Source: Vicinamibacterales bacterium | GTDB lineage: Bacteria; Acidobacteriota; Vicinamibacteria; Vicinamibacterales; UBA2999 | DNA: 64,000 nt | NCBI GenBank assembly: GCA_964202965.1 | Contig: CAXNKG010000010.1 | Span: 6,190 to 70,189, forward strand | Direction of reading: 5' to 3' | Part shown: one piece after another, positions 1 through 9,351 of the stretch | Layout: every line of letters starts with the position of its first letter | Position numbering within the stretch: the stretch's first letter is position 1 | Position numbers and translations under genes: made by a program | Notes under the pieces: model-generated | Databases searched by the model: none | The model's input: only the letters and a program-made list of their open reading frames with translations | What the model was told of the DNA's origin: nothing

Positions 1-509
1 CCGGGGCGCAGAACGCGGGCGATCTCGGCAAGTGCGGTGTTGACCGCGGTCAGGTGATCAAAGACGTGAATCGAGACAACTGTGTTGAAGGCGCCCGACC
101 GGAACGGCATTGCGTACGGGGAGCCGCCGACGTGCGCGCGAGTAACAGCGTAGAGGATGCCACGACGAAGGTTGAGCCCCAGGTTCGGCACGTAATATTC
201 GCAGTCGACGTCGATGAGCCTGCCAGCGAAGGCATGCTGTGATGTTTCTCCTCCACCACCCCCGATCTCAAGCGCCGGACGTACGACCTGAAAGCGCCGG
301 AACAATTCGATCTCTAGCGCCTTCAAATACAGGTTGTAAGGCGAGAGGTACCACTCCGTCCCAGCCAAGCGCCGCACCGGCTCGCAGTCTGTCGTTGCCG
401 CCTGCTGGCGGGCCAGATAGGAGGCCCATAGTGGTGTGCCGAGCAGGGTGCGCGCCATGACACGAGTGCGCCAACGGAGGCGGCCGGGTCGTTCGAGTTC
501 GGAGAGCAT
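1..509 (-). CDS. class I SAM-dependent methyltransferase, N-terminal part (gene runs off the window start)
   Basis: Absent from the ORF track because it is truncated by the edge. Hand translation of the minus frame from ATG 509-507 gives MLSELERPGRL...VRPALEIGGGGGETSQHAF (Gly-rich motif I)...FNTVVSIHVFDHL...ALAEIARVLRPG. I found no in-frame stop down to position 3. Confidence 0.6.
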   Translation of the reverse strand, partial: MLSELERPGRLRWRTRVMARTLLGTPLWASYLARQQAATTDCEPVRRLAGTEWYLSPYNLYLKALEIELFRRFQVVRPALEIGGGGGETSQHAFAGRLIDVDCEYYVPNLGLNLRRGILYAVTRAHVGGSPYAMPFRSGAFNTVVSIHVFDHLTAVNTALAEIARVLRP

Positions 510-687
510 GGGATTAGCGTGCAGGCTCTTCTATATTTGGCTTACGTCGAGAGAGCGAATCCGACGATCCGGATGTCGATGAGGCGGTTTACTAACCTAT
601 GAACAATCGCTAGGCGGAATGAGGGAAAGCGGCGTCCAGACCAGTTTCCGGCGGGCCGGACAGTTCCCGCTCGATGGCCGGGTCTGG

Positions 688-1647
688 CTAACTTTGAAAC
701 ACCTGGTTCCGATGCGATAGGCGCGACGCAACAGCGCTCTTGATGTGCTCGAGTTCACTCTCACCAAATTTCGGCAGGTCCGAGCATTTCGCATATCTGA
801 CAGCCTGGCCCATAGACGAGGCTCCCGGAATGATGACCGACACGTGTGGACAAGAGAGGACGAAGCGAAGAGAGAACTCGAGAAGATTCTCGTTATCTAC
901 ATGCAGAGCGTCCTGGATCTCTCCGAGGAGGCTCAATCGAGTCTGAAAGCTGACTCCAGAAAAATACTGGGATCGCTCATCACCGGCGGGAAACACGGTA
1001 CTGGAGGTATAGGTACCTGACAGCACGCCGCTGTTGAGAGGAGACCGAACCACAACACCCAATCCTCGCTCGCCAGCACAACGAATGAGCTGATACGTAT
1101 CCTGGTACAAGAGATTGTACAGAACCTGCAAGGTGTCCACGGTGCCAGAGTCGACGGACAAGAACCCGGCACTGGTTTCTCCGACCACGATGCCTGCGTA
1201 CCGTATCTTCCCTGATAGTTTGAGGTTCTCTAATAGTGCGAAAATCCTTCCATCGCGAAGATCTGCCTCGGCAGGCTTGTTAAGCTGGAATAAATCGATG
1301 CGATCGACCCGGAGCCGCTTGAGCGACTGATCCACACTGCTCCTCAGATGATTCTCTGAGAAGTCCCGCATTCCATCCGGCCGCAGTCCAGCTTTTGTGG
1401 CGACCGTTATACGTGATTTCGTGGTCGTGCTGCACTCACCGAGCAGCATTTCGGCGTCACCGTATCGATCAGCTGTGTCAAAGAAATTGACTCCCTCATC
1501 CAAGGCCGCTGCAAGAATTCCACGTGCCACTTGCGGAGGTATGAATTGAACTCCGGGCGAGCGTCCACTCGTATTGGCAAGCTGGGCAGTCCCCAGTCCG
1601 ATTTCAGAGACACGAATCGGGAGCTTCCCCAGGAACCTGTATTTCAC
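688..1647 (-). CDS. aldo/keto reductase family oxidoreductase
   Basis: ORF 688-1761(-) with AKR-like KYRFLGKLPIRVSEIGLGTAQL and DTADRYGDAEMLLGE. Start moved to GTG 1647-1645, which overlaps the TGA (1646-1644) of the upstream gene as GTGA. The 38 codons further upstream lie inside that gene. Confidence 0.85.
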   Translation of the reverse strand: MKYRFLGKLPIRVSEIGLGTAQLANTSGRSPGVQFIPPQVARGILAAALDEGVNFFDTADRYGDAEMLLGECSTTTKSRITVATKAGLRPDGMRDFSENHLRSSVDQSLKRLRVDRIDLFQLNKPAEADLRDGRIFALLENLKLSGKIRYAGIVVGETSAGFLSVDSGTVDTLQVLYNLLYQDTYQLIRCAGERGLGVVVRSPLNSGVLSGTYTSSTVFPAGDERSQYFSGVSFQTRLSLLGEIQDALHVDNENLLEFSLRFVLSCPHVSVIIPGASSMGQAVRYAKCSDLPKFGESELEHIKSAVASRLSHRNQVFQS

Positions 1648-2759
1648 GGTTGGGCATCTTGAATGTCGAGTTTTACAGCCTGTTCGCGTAATACCAGAAG
1701 GTTCTTCCGAGACTGACGCAGCGTGTTTACACACACGCGACACATCGGGTTCTTGTACCACTCGCCCCGGTTGTGCAGGTCTCTCAGCTTGTTCATCTTG
1801 TCACCGGTCCAGCACGATTTGATCGTGTCACCGGCGTTCACGTTCCCCAGGATAAAAGCCCTGTTATGTTCTCTCACTGGCGATCCGCACGGGATCACGC
1901 TCCCTTCGGTGTCGACGATAGGCGTTTGCCAGGGCATGCTGCAATGGAACGGTTCCGTCGAAGCGTATTTCTTTTCCAGCGCCTCCTCCGACAACTGGGC
2001 GTCTTGATCCGGACGATCGAAGGGAGTGAAATCAATGCACTCCTGAAATGCGACCAGATTCAGCCCATCCTGAGACTTCCAGAAATCAAAGAACTTCGCC
2101 TTCTCGCCTATGTTTTCCCGCTGTTCGACAAAGCTCACGCGGGTTCGAAGATAGGAAGCCTGTTTTTCACGTTTGATCCTCAGAAAGTCCCGGACGTTTC
2201 TAATGACTTTGTCGAAATTCCCGCCCACCCTTAGGACGCCATAGGTGGCCGGGTCGACAGCATCAATGGAAAAATTGATTTTCGTTAAGCCCTTCTCAAT
2301 CAGCCGCGCTGATCTTTCAGGGGTCAACATGTTGGCATTCGTGTGGAGCCAGATATCCATGATCCCGGCATTGCTGGCGTCCTCGAGCATTTCAAAGAAC
2401 TTCGGATTCATCATGGATTCGGCTTCATGATCCATCTGGAGCGCGTTGAGTCCGTTGTCTTTGCACTCTTCCAGAATCTTCTGCCAGAGGTGGCTACTCA
2501 TGTGTCCAACTTCTCGTTGTCCCAAGGCCACAACGCGCGGACAGAAAGGGCACTCCAGGTTACAGAAATAGGAAGCCTCAATTTCAAGTGAGATCGGAAA
2601 GTCACCCAGATATTCACGTGACTGAGCCCGCTCGAATCTTTGGCGATATGCCGCGTAATCGGCGGACCAGCCATCGCGCCACGACGTGTCGATTTCACAT
2701 TCGACGATCGCGTCCCAGTAATTCTCTATTGCTGGGTTGGATTTCGATGATGTATTCAT
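1644..2759 (-). CDS. radical SAM enzyme with Cys-rich SPASM/twitch-like C-terminal domain
   Basis: 371 aa. SLEIEASYFCNLECPFCPR carries the CxxxCxxC radical SAM motif. C-terminal Cys pattern FHCSMPWQTPIVDTEGSVIPCG ... CRVCV. Paralogous to 10049-11128. Confidence 0.85.
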   Translation of the reverse strand: MNTSSKSNPAIENYWDAIVECEIDTSWRDGWSADYAAYRQRFERAQSREYLGDFPISLEIEASYFCNLECPFCPRVVALGQREVGHMSSHLWQKILEECKDNGLNALQMDHEAESMMNPKFFEMLEDASNAGIMDIWLHTNANMLTPERSARLIEKGLTKINFSIDAVDPATYGVLRVGGNFDKVIRNVRDFLRIKREKQASYLRTRVSFVEQRENIGEKAKFFDFWKSQDGLNLVAFQECIDFTPFDRPDQDAQLSEEALEKKYASTEPFHCSMPWQTPIVDTEGSVIPCGSPVREHNRAFILGNVNAGDTIKSCWTGDKMNKLRDLHNRGEWYKNPMCRVCVNTLRQSRKNLLVLREQAVKLDIQDAQP

Positions 2760-2774
2760 GGCAAAGCTAATCTC

Positions 2775-4619
2775 TCAGCCTTCAGCGTTCCGATAATCGC
2801 CAGGCAGATCAGCCATCATGGCCTGGCGTCTTTCGCCGGCCCACACCGCACCGCTGATCTCTCGCACCCACTCGGCCAGCCAGTTGATGTCTGCGCGCGC
2901 GTAACGATCCACAAAGGCCTGGCGTGCGCCCTGCACGTGTTCCTGTTGCCACCAGGACAGTGGGTCATCGTACAGGTCGGACACGCGCTCGGCGGCTTCC
3001 TCCGGCGTGTCTAGGAGAATCCCGGCGACACGCAGTCGATCGTAGTAGGGCTTCGCATCGGCGCGGAGTCCCCCATATTGACCGTTCCAGAATAGAACGG
3101 TGGGAATATTGGCACTCAAGATCTCCAGAGCTGCTGTTCCGTTGTACTCAACAACCGCAATCCGAGCCGCCGCAAGGAAGGGTTTGCAGCCAATAGTCTT
3201 CACTCGCAATGGCACTCCCAGCTTGAGCAGACGTTCACGCTGCCCCCATTCAAGGTCGGCCTCTGAAAAGGCGAACAGGAGGCGGCTGTGTAAAGCTGGT
3301 GCCAGCCGCTGGACAAACCTGTCACGCCAGTCGAGTCCTATATCGAACCGACCGAGAGGACATTCGCGGGACTCCAGGCGAATCGGGTACCGGGGGTAGT
3401 TCGTTGTCACAAAGAGGATCGTTCTCGGCCGTCGGCGCGCGAACATACGGCGTCGCGGTGATCGGAACCTGGGATGCGCGAGAGGTTGAATCACGCCGGG
3501 ACCGGCAGGGCGCCAGCCGTACGACAACCAACGATCCACAATTGCGGTTTCGAGATCTTCCTGAGGTAACACTCGATAGGTACCGTAGCCGCCTCCGTGC
3601 TGAAGTCCGATCAGCCACGACCCCTTCTTACGGCTTTCAGCCGCCACAATCTTGAAGCTCTCGTCGTAATACCAATCAGAAGATACGAGAACCGCTGGCG
3701 GACGCGCCCAAATGCCCTTCACACGCGCCCGAACCCGCGCGAAGCCTTCAAGATGCACATAGGGAAAGTATTCTCCAAGCGTTGAAATCAGGACGGCCAT
3801 GAAGTCATCCCGGCTGATAAGCCCCTCGAACGCGTGACGAATGCGCTCGTCGCGAATCACGCCATCGGACGATGACCGATGAAACAGTACGGTCGTCGCA
3901 GCACGGAAGGAACGCAGGCGGAGCAAGAGTCTCAGCCGGTCGACCGCACCCATGTCGATCTTCCCAAGCAACACGCGGGGAGCGACGACTCCGTACAACG
4001 AGGGCGTCACGCCGAGAACGGCCTTCCGCACCAAGGCACGCGCACGACTCCCCCTCGGGATGTCATGGCGCTGACGCTCAACCGCCCTCAGCGAATCAGG
4101 AGTCAGCACAATCTCCTCCATGACGAGGTTAGGAAGCTTAAGAGCTCGGAGAAGGTGGGAGTACAACCGCCAGTTAAAAAAGTCACTCGACGCGGACAGA
4201 TGCGAGAAATGCCTCGTATCGAGAGGCGTGATACGCATACCTTCTGGCAGGACACGCGTGTGCAGCATAGGCTGACCACTCGTCGCGCTTCGGAGCGCAC
4301 AATACCGCTCGTAGGTCACATGGACGTGGTGCAGAAGCCATGGACCGACGATCACGCGCCAATAGCTCCTTGGTTCGTTCAAGCCGTGAACGCGGTTAAG
4401 GAGACTTGAGGCCTGCTCGAGCACGCACTCATAGACTTCCCCGCAATAGACTTTCGCCTGTTCGAGAACGCGTATGTCTTCCCACGGATTAGGCGCGACC
4501 TGCCATCGCGCGTGCCGCCAACTCTCACGACGGTCGTATCGCAGACAACCGCGATGGAGGAGCAACACCTCATCGCTGACGTCCCAGAATTCCGTCAGCC
4601 CAGTCATGGCGAGAAACAT
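2775..4619 (-). CDS. large soluble protein of unknown function in the sugar operon (possibly LIC12162-type putative transferase)
   Basis: 614 aa ORF starting at ATG 4619, 6 nt after the upstream stop. No obvious hydrophobic helices. The N-terminus MFLAMTGLTEFWD resembles, from memory only, the TIGR04331/LIC12162 family seen beside nonulosonic acid genes. Family assignment unverified. Confidence 0.7.
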   Translation of the reverse strand: MFLAMTGLTEFWDVSDEVLLLHRGCLRYDRRESWRHARWQVAPNPWEDIRVLEQAKVYCGEVYECVLEQASSLLNRVHGLNEPRSYWRVIVGPWLLHHVHVTYERYCALRSATSGQPMLHTRVLPEGMRITPLDTRHFSHLSASSDFFNWRLYSHLLRALKLPNLVMEEIVLTPDSLRAVERQRHDIPRGSRARALVRKAVLGVTPSLYGVVAPRVLLGKIDMGAVDRLRLLLRLRSFRAATTVLFHRSSSDGVIRDERIRHAFEGLISRDDFMAVLISTLGEYFPYVHLEGFARVRARVKGIWARPPAVLVSSDWYYDESFKIVAAESRKKGSWLIGLQHGGGYGTYRVLPQEDLETAIVDRWLSYGWRPAGPGVIQPLAHPRFRSPRRRMFARRRPRTILFVTTNYPRYPIRLESRECPLGRFDIGLDWRDRFVQRLAPALHSRLLFAFSEADLEWGQRERLLKLGVPLRVKTIGCKPFLAAARIAVVEYNGTAALEILSANIPTVLFWNGQYGGLRADAKPYYDRLRVAGILLDTPEEAAERVSDLYDDPLSWWQQEHVQGARQAFVDRYARADINWLAEWVREISGAVWAGERRQAMMADLPGDYRNAEG

Positions 4620-4625
4620 GCGCAG

Positions 4626-5642
4626 CTAACGAGAACGCTGCACCGGTATCGGCGAGGCATTGAACGCGAACACAAGCCCGGAGGCGCGTTCTGCGTCCTT
4701 CGACAGGCGACGTGGACGACCAAAGGCGGCGTAACACAGCGCGAGTATCGGCAGCCACGCGCACATCCATATGGCTTTGACGAGAGGCTTGAGGCCCGCT
4801 CGGTCGGCCCAACTTGCGCCGAGAATGAGCGTCCGAAGCAACGGCCGGGTCTGCACGTCGTACAGGCGCCAGGCTGTAGGCGACACCTGGGTCCACGCGT
4901 CGACCAGGTCGAACCCCGTCTGCCCAAGGAGCACGCGCCATTCGCCGATGGAGCGCGAGAGCCCTCCAATTTCCTGGCAGCGGCCTGCATCGAGCTGCCG
5001 GCAATACGCCGCGGCCCGCTCCCAGCCAGCACGCTGGAATCTCTCGGACCAGATGCTACAGGTGAAGTGGCGTTTCACGCTCTCGTTCATCCCGGTCATG
5101 AGCAGCACACCATCCGAACGGAGCACTCTCCGGACTTCGGCGAGCGTCGCCGCGTAGTCCACGGTTCTTCCTTGTTCGATGAGGCCGTGTGGAAAGTACA
5201 GGAACACCGTGCGAAATGCTTCGCTGCGAAACGGAAGCGGTGCGGGCGCCGCCTGCACCAGATGTTCATACAAACCCGTCGACTGGCACTTGAGCAGGTG
5301 CGTCCACTTTAGATCAACCCCGACGTGATAGCGAAGGCGAGCCGTACGTGTCACCCGCGGCTCGCGGCCGCGCTCATGTACGTCGAAAATGTCGCCAGCC
5401 CTCGACGGATCCACGTGGTCATAGCGATCGTCGGCCGGAGCAAACGCACCGCCATGCATGATGAAGGAGAACACGCCGTCGCCGCTGCCAATCTCCAGGA
5501 TCGGCTCCGCCCACGGGTACTTGAGCAGGGCCCTGGCGTTCGCGGCATCGTTGACCGCATCGAACGGTTTGAGCCAATACATCCGCAGGTAGCGCCTCAG
5601 CAGCCCGGCCACCGGTGCAGCAGCACTTGCTCGGCGAGCCAC
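4626..5642 (-). CDS. class I SAM-dependent methyltransferase
   Basis: 338 aa with motif I ILEIGSGDGVFS and a later VRRVLRSDGVLLMTG. Start uncertain: GTG 5642 overlaps the upstream gene by 46 nt, while ATG 5582 (MYWLKPFDAV) would leave a 14 nt gap. Confidence 0.8.
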   Translation of the reverse strand: MARRASAAAPVAGLLRRYLRMYWLKPFDAVNDAANARALLKYPWAEPILEIGSGDGVFSFIMHGGAFAPADDRYDHVDPSRAGDIFDVHERGREPRVTRTARLRYHVGVDLKWTHLLKCQSTGLYEHLVQAAPAPLPFRSEAFRTVFLYFPHGLIEQGRTVDYAATLAEVRRVLRSDGVLLMTGMNESVKRHFTCSIWSERFQRAGWERAAAYCRQLDAGRCQEIGGLSRSIGEWRVLLGQTGFDLVDAWTQVSPTAWRLYDVQTRPLLRTLILGASWADRAGLKPLVKAIWMCAWLPILALCYAAFGRPRRLSKDAERASGLVFAFNASPIPVQRSR

Positions 5643-6238
5643 AGGTCGAAATCGTCGTCGATATCGATGCCCTCCTCGCGGCTCGTCTCGACCGTAGCCA
5701 GGTGATCACCAAGCCATCGTCCGGCACGTACAAGGTCGGCCTTCAACACGTACACATTCCCGTTGTCGACCATTCGCGGGCGTATGTCCTGTCGCCGGGG
5801 CATATCCGCCCCGTACTCGTACGAGTAGTCGCGATGGACCGTGCCAAGAGAATCAGCACCCGTCTCCGCAAAGCGCTCGATGCAACGGTCGACCAGGCCG
5901 TTCCGCCTGATGGGCGATGTCGGATTCAGGAGGACGATCGTGTCCCCAGGAATATGAGTCAAGGCGTGTTGGACGACCGCCACCGTGCTCGCATCGTCGG
6001 TCGCCAGCTCGGGCGGGCGCTCGAGTACTTCAGCGCCATGTGCGCGGGTCACTCGCGCGATCTCGGCATCTTCGGTGGACACGACACACCGGTCGAGTCG
6101 AGCGGATCTGAGTGCCGCCTCAATCGACCAGACGAGCAGAGGCTTACCTGCCACGAGGCGCATGTTCTTTCGCGGCACGCCCTTGCTTCCCCCGCGCGCG
6201 GGGATCACGGCGATCACTGGGCCCTTCGGCACCGTCAC
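5597..6238 (-). CDS. CMP-nonulosonic acid synthetase (acylneuraminate cytidylyltransferase family)
   Basis: VIAVIPARGGSKGVPRKNMRLVAGKPLLVWSIEAA is the N-terminal signature of NeuA/PseF/LegF-type cytidylyltransferases. Start set to GTG 6238-6236, overlapping the upstream TGA (6237-6235) as GTGA. The longer track ORF (to 6388) runs inside the aminotransferase gene. Confidence 0.85.
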   Translation of the reverse strand: MTVPKGPVIAVIPARGGSKGVPRKNMRLVAGKPLLVWSIEAALRSARLDRCVVSTEDAEIARVTRAHGAEVLERPPELATDDASTVAVVQHALTHIPGDTIVLLNPTSPIRRNGLVDRCIERFAETGADSLGTVHRDYSYEYGADMPRRQDIRPRMVDNGNVYVLKADLVRAGRWLGDHLATVETSREEGIDIDDDFDLWLAEQVLLHRWPGC

Positions 6239-7281
6239 TGGAAGATCTCTGGAAGGGCACGTGCAATGGCATCCACCTCGCGGTCGGTCAGCGCCGGGTA
6301 CAGGGGCACGGAGAGCGTCGCCCTGTAGGCGGCTTCGGTGCCTGGAAACGCGCGAAACGATTCGCCGGCGAGGCGATGAAGTGGCCAAGCGACCGGGCGA
6401 TCCACGGCGATCCCCAGACGACGTGCCCGTCGCATGCTTGCCGCCGCGCTCTCGGCGCGAACGGCGAACCGGTAGTAGATGGGCCGTGACTCTGGCGTAG
6501 CCTTCTGAAGGCGGGCCGGGTCGACTGCATCAACGTACCGCGCCGCGATGCTCGACCGACGTCGAAGGGAGGTTCGCAGCCGATTCATCTGTCCAAGGGC
6601 AACGCCTGCAGTCAGATCACTCATCGCATAGTTGTATCGAACGGGTTTCAACGCCGGACGATCGGGTCCATCTAAATTACGCACGGCCCTCATGAGCTCA
6701 CGTCGGCTGGTGCAGACGACGCCGCCCTGCCCTGCCGCCACGACCTTGGTGGCATAGAGCGAGAACACCGCAATGTCACCGTGCGACCCTACCCGTCGCT
6801 TGCGATACATGGCCCCGAGCGCCATCGTCGCATCTTCAAGGACCGGCAAGCCCAGGGACGCGAGTTCGTCCATCGGAGCTGGAAAGCCAAACGTGTGCGT
6901 CACGATCAGCGCCTTCGTGCGGCGAGTCATGCGGCGTGATACGAGTGCCGCCGTCGGGTTGAGCGTCTCCGGATCGACATCCACGAAGCGCGGCGTTGCA
7001 CCGGTGTGCATCACTGCCTGCGCGACCGCAGGGCACGTGTATGACGGTACGAGCACCTCGTCACCTGCTCCGATCTTCAGAGCCAGGAGCGCGAGGTGCA
7101 GCGCTGTAGTTCCACTGGAAGTCGCCGCTGCGAACCGCGTTCCAGCGGCCAGGCAGATCGCACGTTCAAGACGCTGCACGAACGGCCCCCCCGCGATCTG
7201 CCGCGTACCCAGGATCTCCCGGATGTGCGCGAAGTCCGAAAGCCGGAGATCAGGCCTGGACTGCGGAATCACGTTCGACAT
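6235..7281 (-). CDS. DegT/DnrJ/EryC1/StrS family PLP-dependent sugar aminotransferase
   Basis: IPQSRPDL...FVQRLERAICLAAGTRFAAATSSGTTALHLALLALKIGAGDEVLVPSYTCPAVAQAV and SLYATKVVAAGQGGVV (Lys-containing PLP motif). Start taken as ATG 7281 (MSNVIPQSRP). The upstream extension to 7449 is Arg/Ser/Trp-rich and overlaps the PseG-like gene. Confidence 0.85.
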   Translation of the reverse strand: MSNVIPQSRPDLRLSDFAHIREILGTRQIAGGPFVQRLERAICLAAGTRFAAATSSGTTALHLALLALKIGAGDEVLVPSYTCPAVAQAVMHTGATPRFVDVDPETLNPTAALVSRRMTRRTKALIVTHTFGFPAPMDELASLGLPVLEDATMALGAMYRKRRVGSHGDIAVFSLYATKVVAAGQGGVVCTSRRELMRAVRNLDGPDRPALKPVRYNYAMSDLTAGVALGQMNRLRTSLRRRSSIAARYVDAVDPARLQKATPESRPIYYRFAVRAESAAASMRRARRLGIAVDRPVAWPLHRLAGESFRAFPGTEAAYRATLSVPLYPALTDREVDAIARALPEIFQ

Positions 7282-8305
7282 CCTGCTGCACGATCGCGCA
7301 GATCCGTGTGGCGCCACACCCATCCACGATCGAGCGGGCCACGGCGCTGTGCGCACGCCTGAGGTTTGGATCCTGGAGGCGCCCCAACGCGGCGAGCAGG
7401 GCGCTGCCGTCGACGTCCGCACCACGACCAACCCAGAATCCGAAGCCACGCTCCTGGAACGCCTGCCCCTGCTCTGCCTCGTGAGGATCCTCGTGCGCCA
7501 CGATGGCAGGAGTGCCGACGCACGCGAGCTCGTAAAGAGTGTTGCCGCCAGCTGTTACCACCACGTCGGCCGTCGCGAACAGGTCCGCCAGCGAGGAGAC
7601 GTCTCTATGCACGCGCCAGCTCGCGAGCGCCGTCGCGAGGCGTCGATCGATGTCCTGCTTCCACGCGAAGGCGCCGCCGAGCACGAGGTGGCGCTCAGCG
7701 CTGGACGGCCAAGCGTCGAGCACGTCGAAGATGCGCCGCGTGGCGCCACTTCGGTCCACGCCGCCCATCGAGACGACCACCGACCGCACCGCGCCAGCAA
7801 ACGACCGCTGGTGCAGGTGTCGCTCCGCGTACTCGGGAGCGAGCGGGAAGTATGCCGGGCCGGCAAACACGCGGGGACCGGCGCCGCCGTCATCATATCG
7901 ATGCCGCTGATCAAGGATCGTCGGGTTGAATACGGCGTGGCAGGTCAGGCGTCGGCCGCCGAGTTCATCGATGCAGTACGTCGTCAGGCCCGCCCCTGAC
8001 AGAGCGGAGAGCTGCGCGTCGGTGACGCACCGGAAATCGGTCAAGGCCAGGCGCACTCCCGACGTGCGAATGTATCGAGCGCAGGCGCGCAAGTCGTCTG
8101 GGCGAACGCTCTCGATGCGCTCCACCGGGCACGGTGCACCCTGGAGAATCGATGCGGGCACCTCGGCGGGAACGATCACGACAGGCCGCACACCCGATCG
8201 CTGCGCGGCCTCGGCGACGTGAAGCGTCTCGATCACATGGCCCGTCCCAATCGCGTCGTTCGCTTCGGCAAACAGCGCCAGGTCGGCGCTCAGACGAGAT
8301 CCCAC
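7250..8305 (-). CDS. PseG-like UDP-sugar hydrolase (GT28 C-terminal-like fold)
   Basis: 351 aa. LFAEANDAIGTGHVIETLHVA, VVVSMGGVDRSG and VVVTAGGNTLYELACVGTPAIV line up with my recollection of Campylobacter PseG (GFGHIKR..., ICMGGTD...). GTG start at 8305. Confidence 0.7.
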   Translation of the reverse strand: MGSRLSADLALFAEANDAIGTGHVIETLHVAEAAQRSGVRPVVIVPAEVPASILQGAPCPVERIESVRPDDLRACARYIRTSGVRLALTDFRCVTDAQLSALSGAGLTTYCIDELGGRRLTCHAVFNPTILDQRHRYDDGGAGPRVFAGPAYFPLAPEYAERHLHQRSFAGAVRSVVVSMGGVDRSGATRRIFDVLDAWPSSAERHLVLGGAFAWKQDIDRRLATALASWRVHRDVSSLADLFATADVVVTAGGNTLYELACVGTPAIVAHEDPHEAEQGQAFQERGFGFWVGRGADVDGSALLAALGRLQDPNLRRAHSAVARSIVDGCGATRICAIVQQDVERDSAVQA

Positions 8306-9351
8306 GTCAGGACCTCGTCCTCGTCGATATCGCGCTTAGCGACCCGCCCGACGACGCGCTCGAGATCGCGTGGAGGGATCCCCGTACCGGGCCGCTTGAT
8401 GACAATGTCGTCAAGCAGAATTGTGTTTCCCTTGGAAATTCGACGACGCGCGATGCAGCTCTTGCGGGTCATCGTGCGCATGTCGCGCTCAGTGGCAGTC
8501 GGCGCCTTCTCACCCGAGCCCAGCATGGCGTGCGTTTCGCGAACCGCGGCCACGAGCGCACGCAACTCAGTGGGGTCTGCCGAAAAGCCGGCGTCTGGCA
8601 CTGGAAGTCCCTTGTCGATCGTGAAATGGCGCTCCACAACGACGGCTCCGAGTGCGACTGCGGCCACCGCCGCGGTCAATCCGGTCGTGTGGTCTGAGTA
8701 ACCAACGAGAACCTGAAACCGCGAGGCGAGTGAAGGGATCGTCCGCAAGTTCATCATCGTTGGATCGGCGACCGGATAGTTCGACACGCACTGGAGAAGC
8801 ACAAGCTGGGGGTTCCCTGCGTCGCGAATCGCGTGAATCGCCTCATCGATTTCTTCGAGGGTTGCCATGCCACTCGAAATGATCATGGGCTTGCCGAGTC
8901 GCGCGACATACCGGAGATATGGCAGGTTCGTAAGGTCGTCCGATCCGATCTTGTAGAGGTTCGTCCCCACTCGTTCGAGCAGCTCCACATCATCTGGATG
9001 ACTCGGCGTTGAAAATGGTACCAAGCCACGCCCGCGGGCACGCTCGTAGACCGCGCGGTGCGTCGGCTCATCAATCTCAAAACGCTTGAACTCGGCGTGC
9101 TGGTTGCCGCCACCTGCCTCCGGTGGAAACTCGATCGTTCGCGTGGCCGTCGTGTCGGCGCGGAAGGTTTGAAGCTTGATCGCATCAGCACCAGCATCGG
9201 CGGCCGCGTCGACCGAAGCAAGGGCTTCATCAAGCGTCGTGAAGTTGTAGCCAAGCTCGGCCACAACGAACGGCGACGATTCCTGGCTGATCGTGCGCCC
9301 CTCGACGCTTATCGCAAGCTCAGAGCTCATCGCATCTGGCGGTCGCGGCAT
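8290..9351 (-). CDS. nonulosonic acid synthase (NeuB/PseI/LegI family) with C-terminal SAF domain
   Basis: 353 aa. PFVVAELGYNF, AGADAIKLQTF, GKPMIISSGMATLEEI, GYSDHT. C-terminal ARRRISKGNTILLDDIVIKRPGTGIPP is SAF-like. Alternative start at ATG 9330. Confidence 0.85.
   Translation of the reverse strand: MPRPPDAMSSELAISVEGRTISQESSPFVVAELGYNFTTLDEALASVDAAADAGADAIKLQTFRADTTATRTIEFPPEAGGGNQHAEFKRFEIDEPTHRAVYERARGRGLVPFSTPSHPDDVELLERVGTNLYKIGSDDLTNLPYLRYVARLGKPMIISSGMATLEEIDEAIHAIRDAGNPQLVLLQCVSNYPVADPTMMNLRTIPSLASRFQVLVGYSDHTTGLTAAVAAVALGAVVVERHFTIDKGLPVPDAGFSADPTELRALVAAVRETHAMLGSGEKAPTATERDMRTMTRKSCIARRRISKGNTILLDDIVIKRPGTGIPPRDLERVVGRVAKRDIDEDEVLTWDLV

Noticed and set aside
636-687. GC-rich nested stems (CCAGACC...CGGC pairing with GCCGGGTCTGG; inner GCGGG/CCCGC) just after the aldo/keto reductase stop, as a possible intrinsic terminator
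   Set aside because: The stems are interrupted by a bulge and are not followed by a U-tract on the transcribed strand. In DNA this GC-rich such pairings arise easily. I kept it only as a note that the 178 nt gap (510-687) is the one place in the operon where an internal terminator or promoter could sit.
5597-6388. Longest-ORF N-terminal extensions of several genes: 5597-6388, 688-1761, 11129-12145, 6235-7449, 53232-53591, 53393-53866, 61678-62166, 60236-61708 and 30163-31191.
   Set aside because: The extensions run into the upstream gene and are Arg-rich. An internal ATG or GTG sits exactly at a 4 nt stop/start overlap, or a few nt after the upstream stop, and aligns with the expected family N-terminus.
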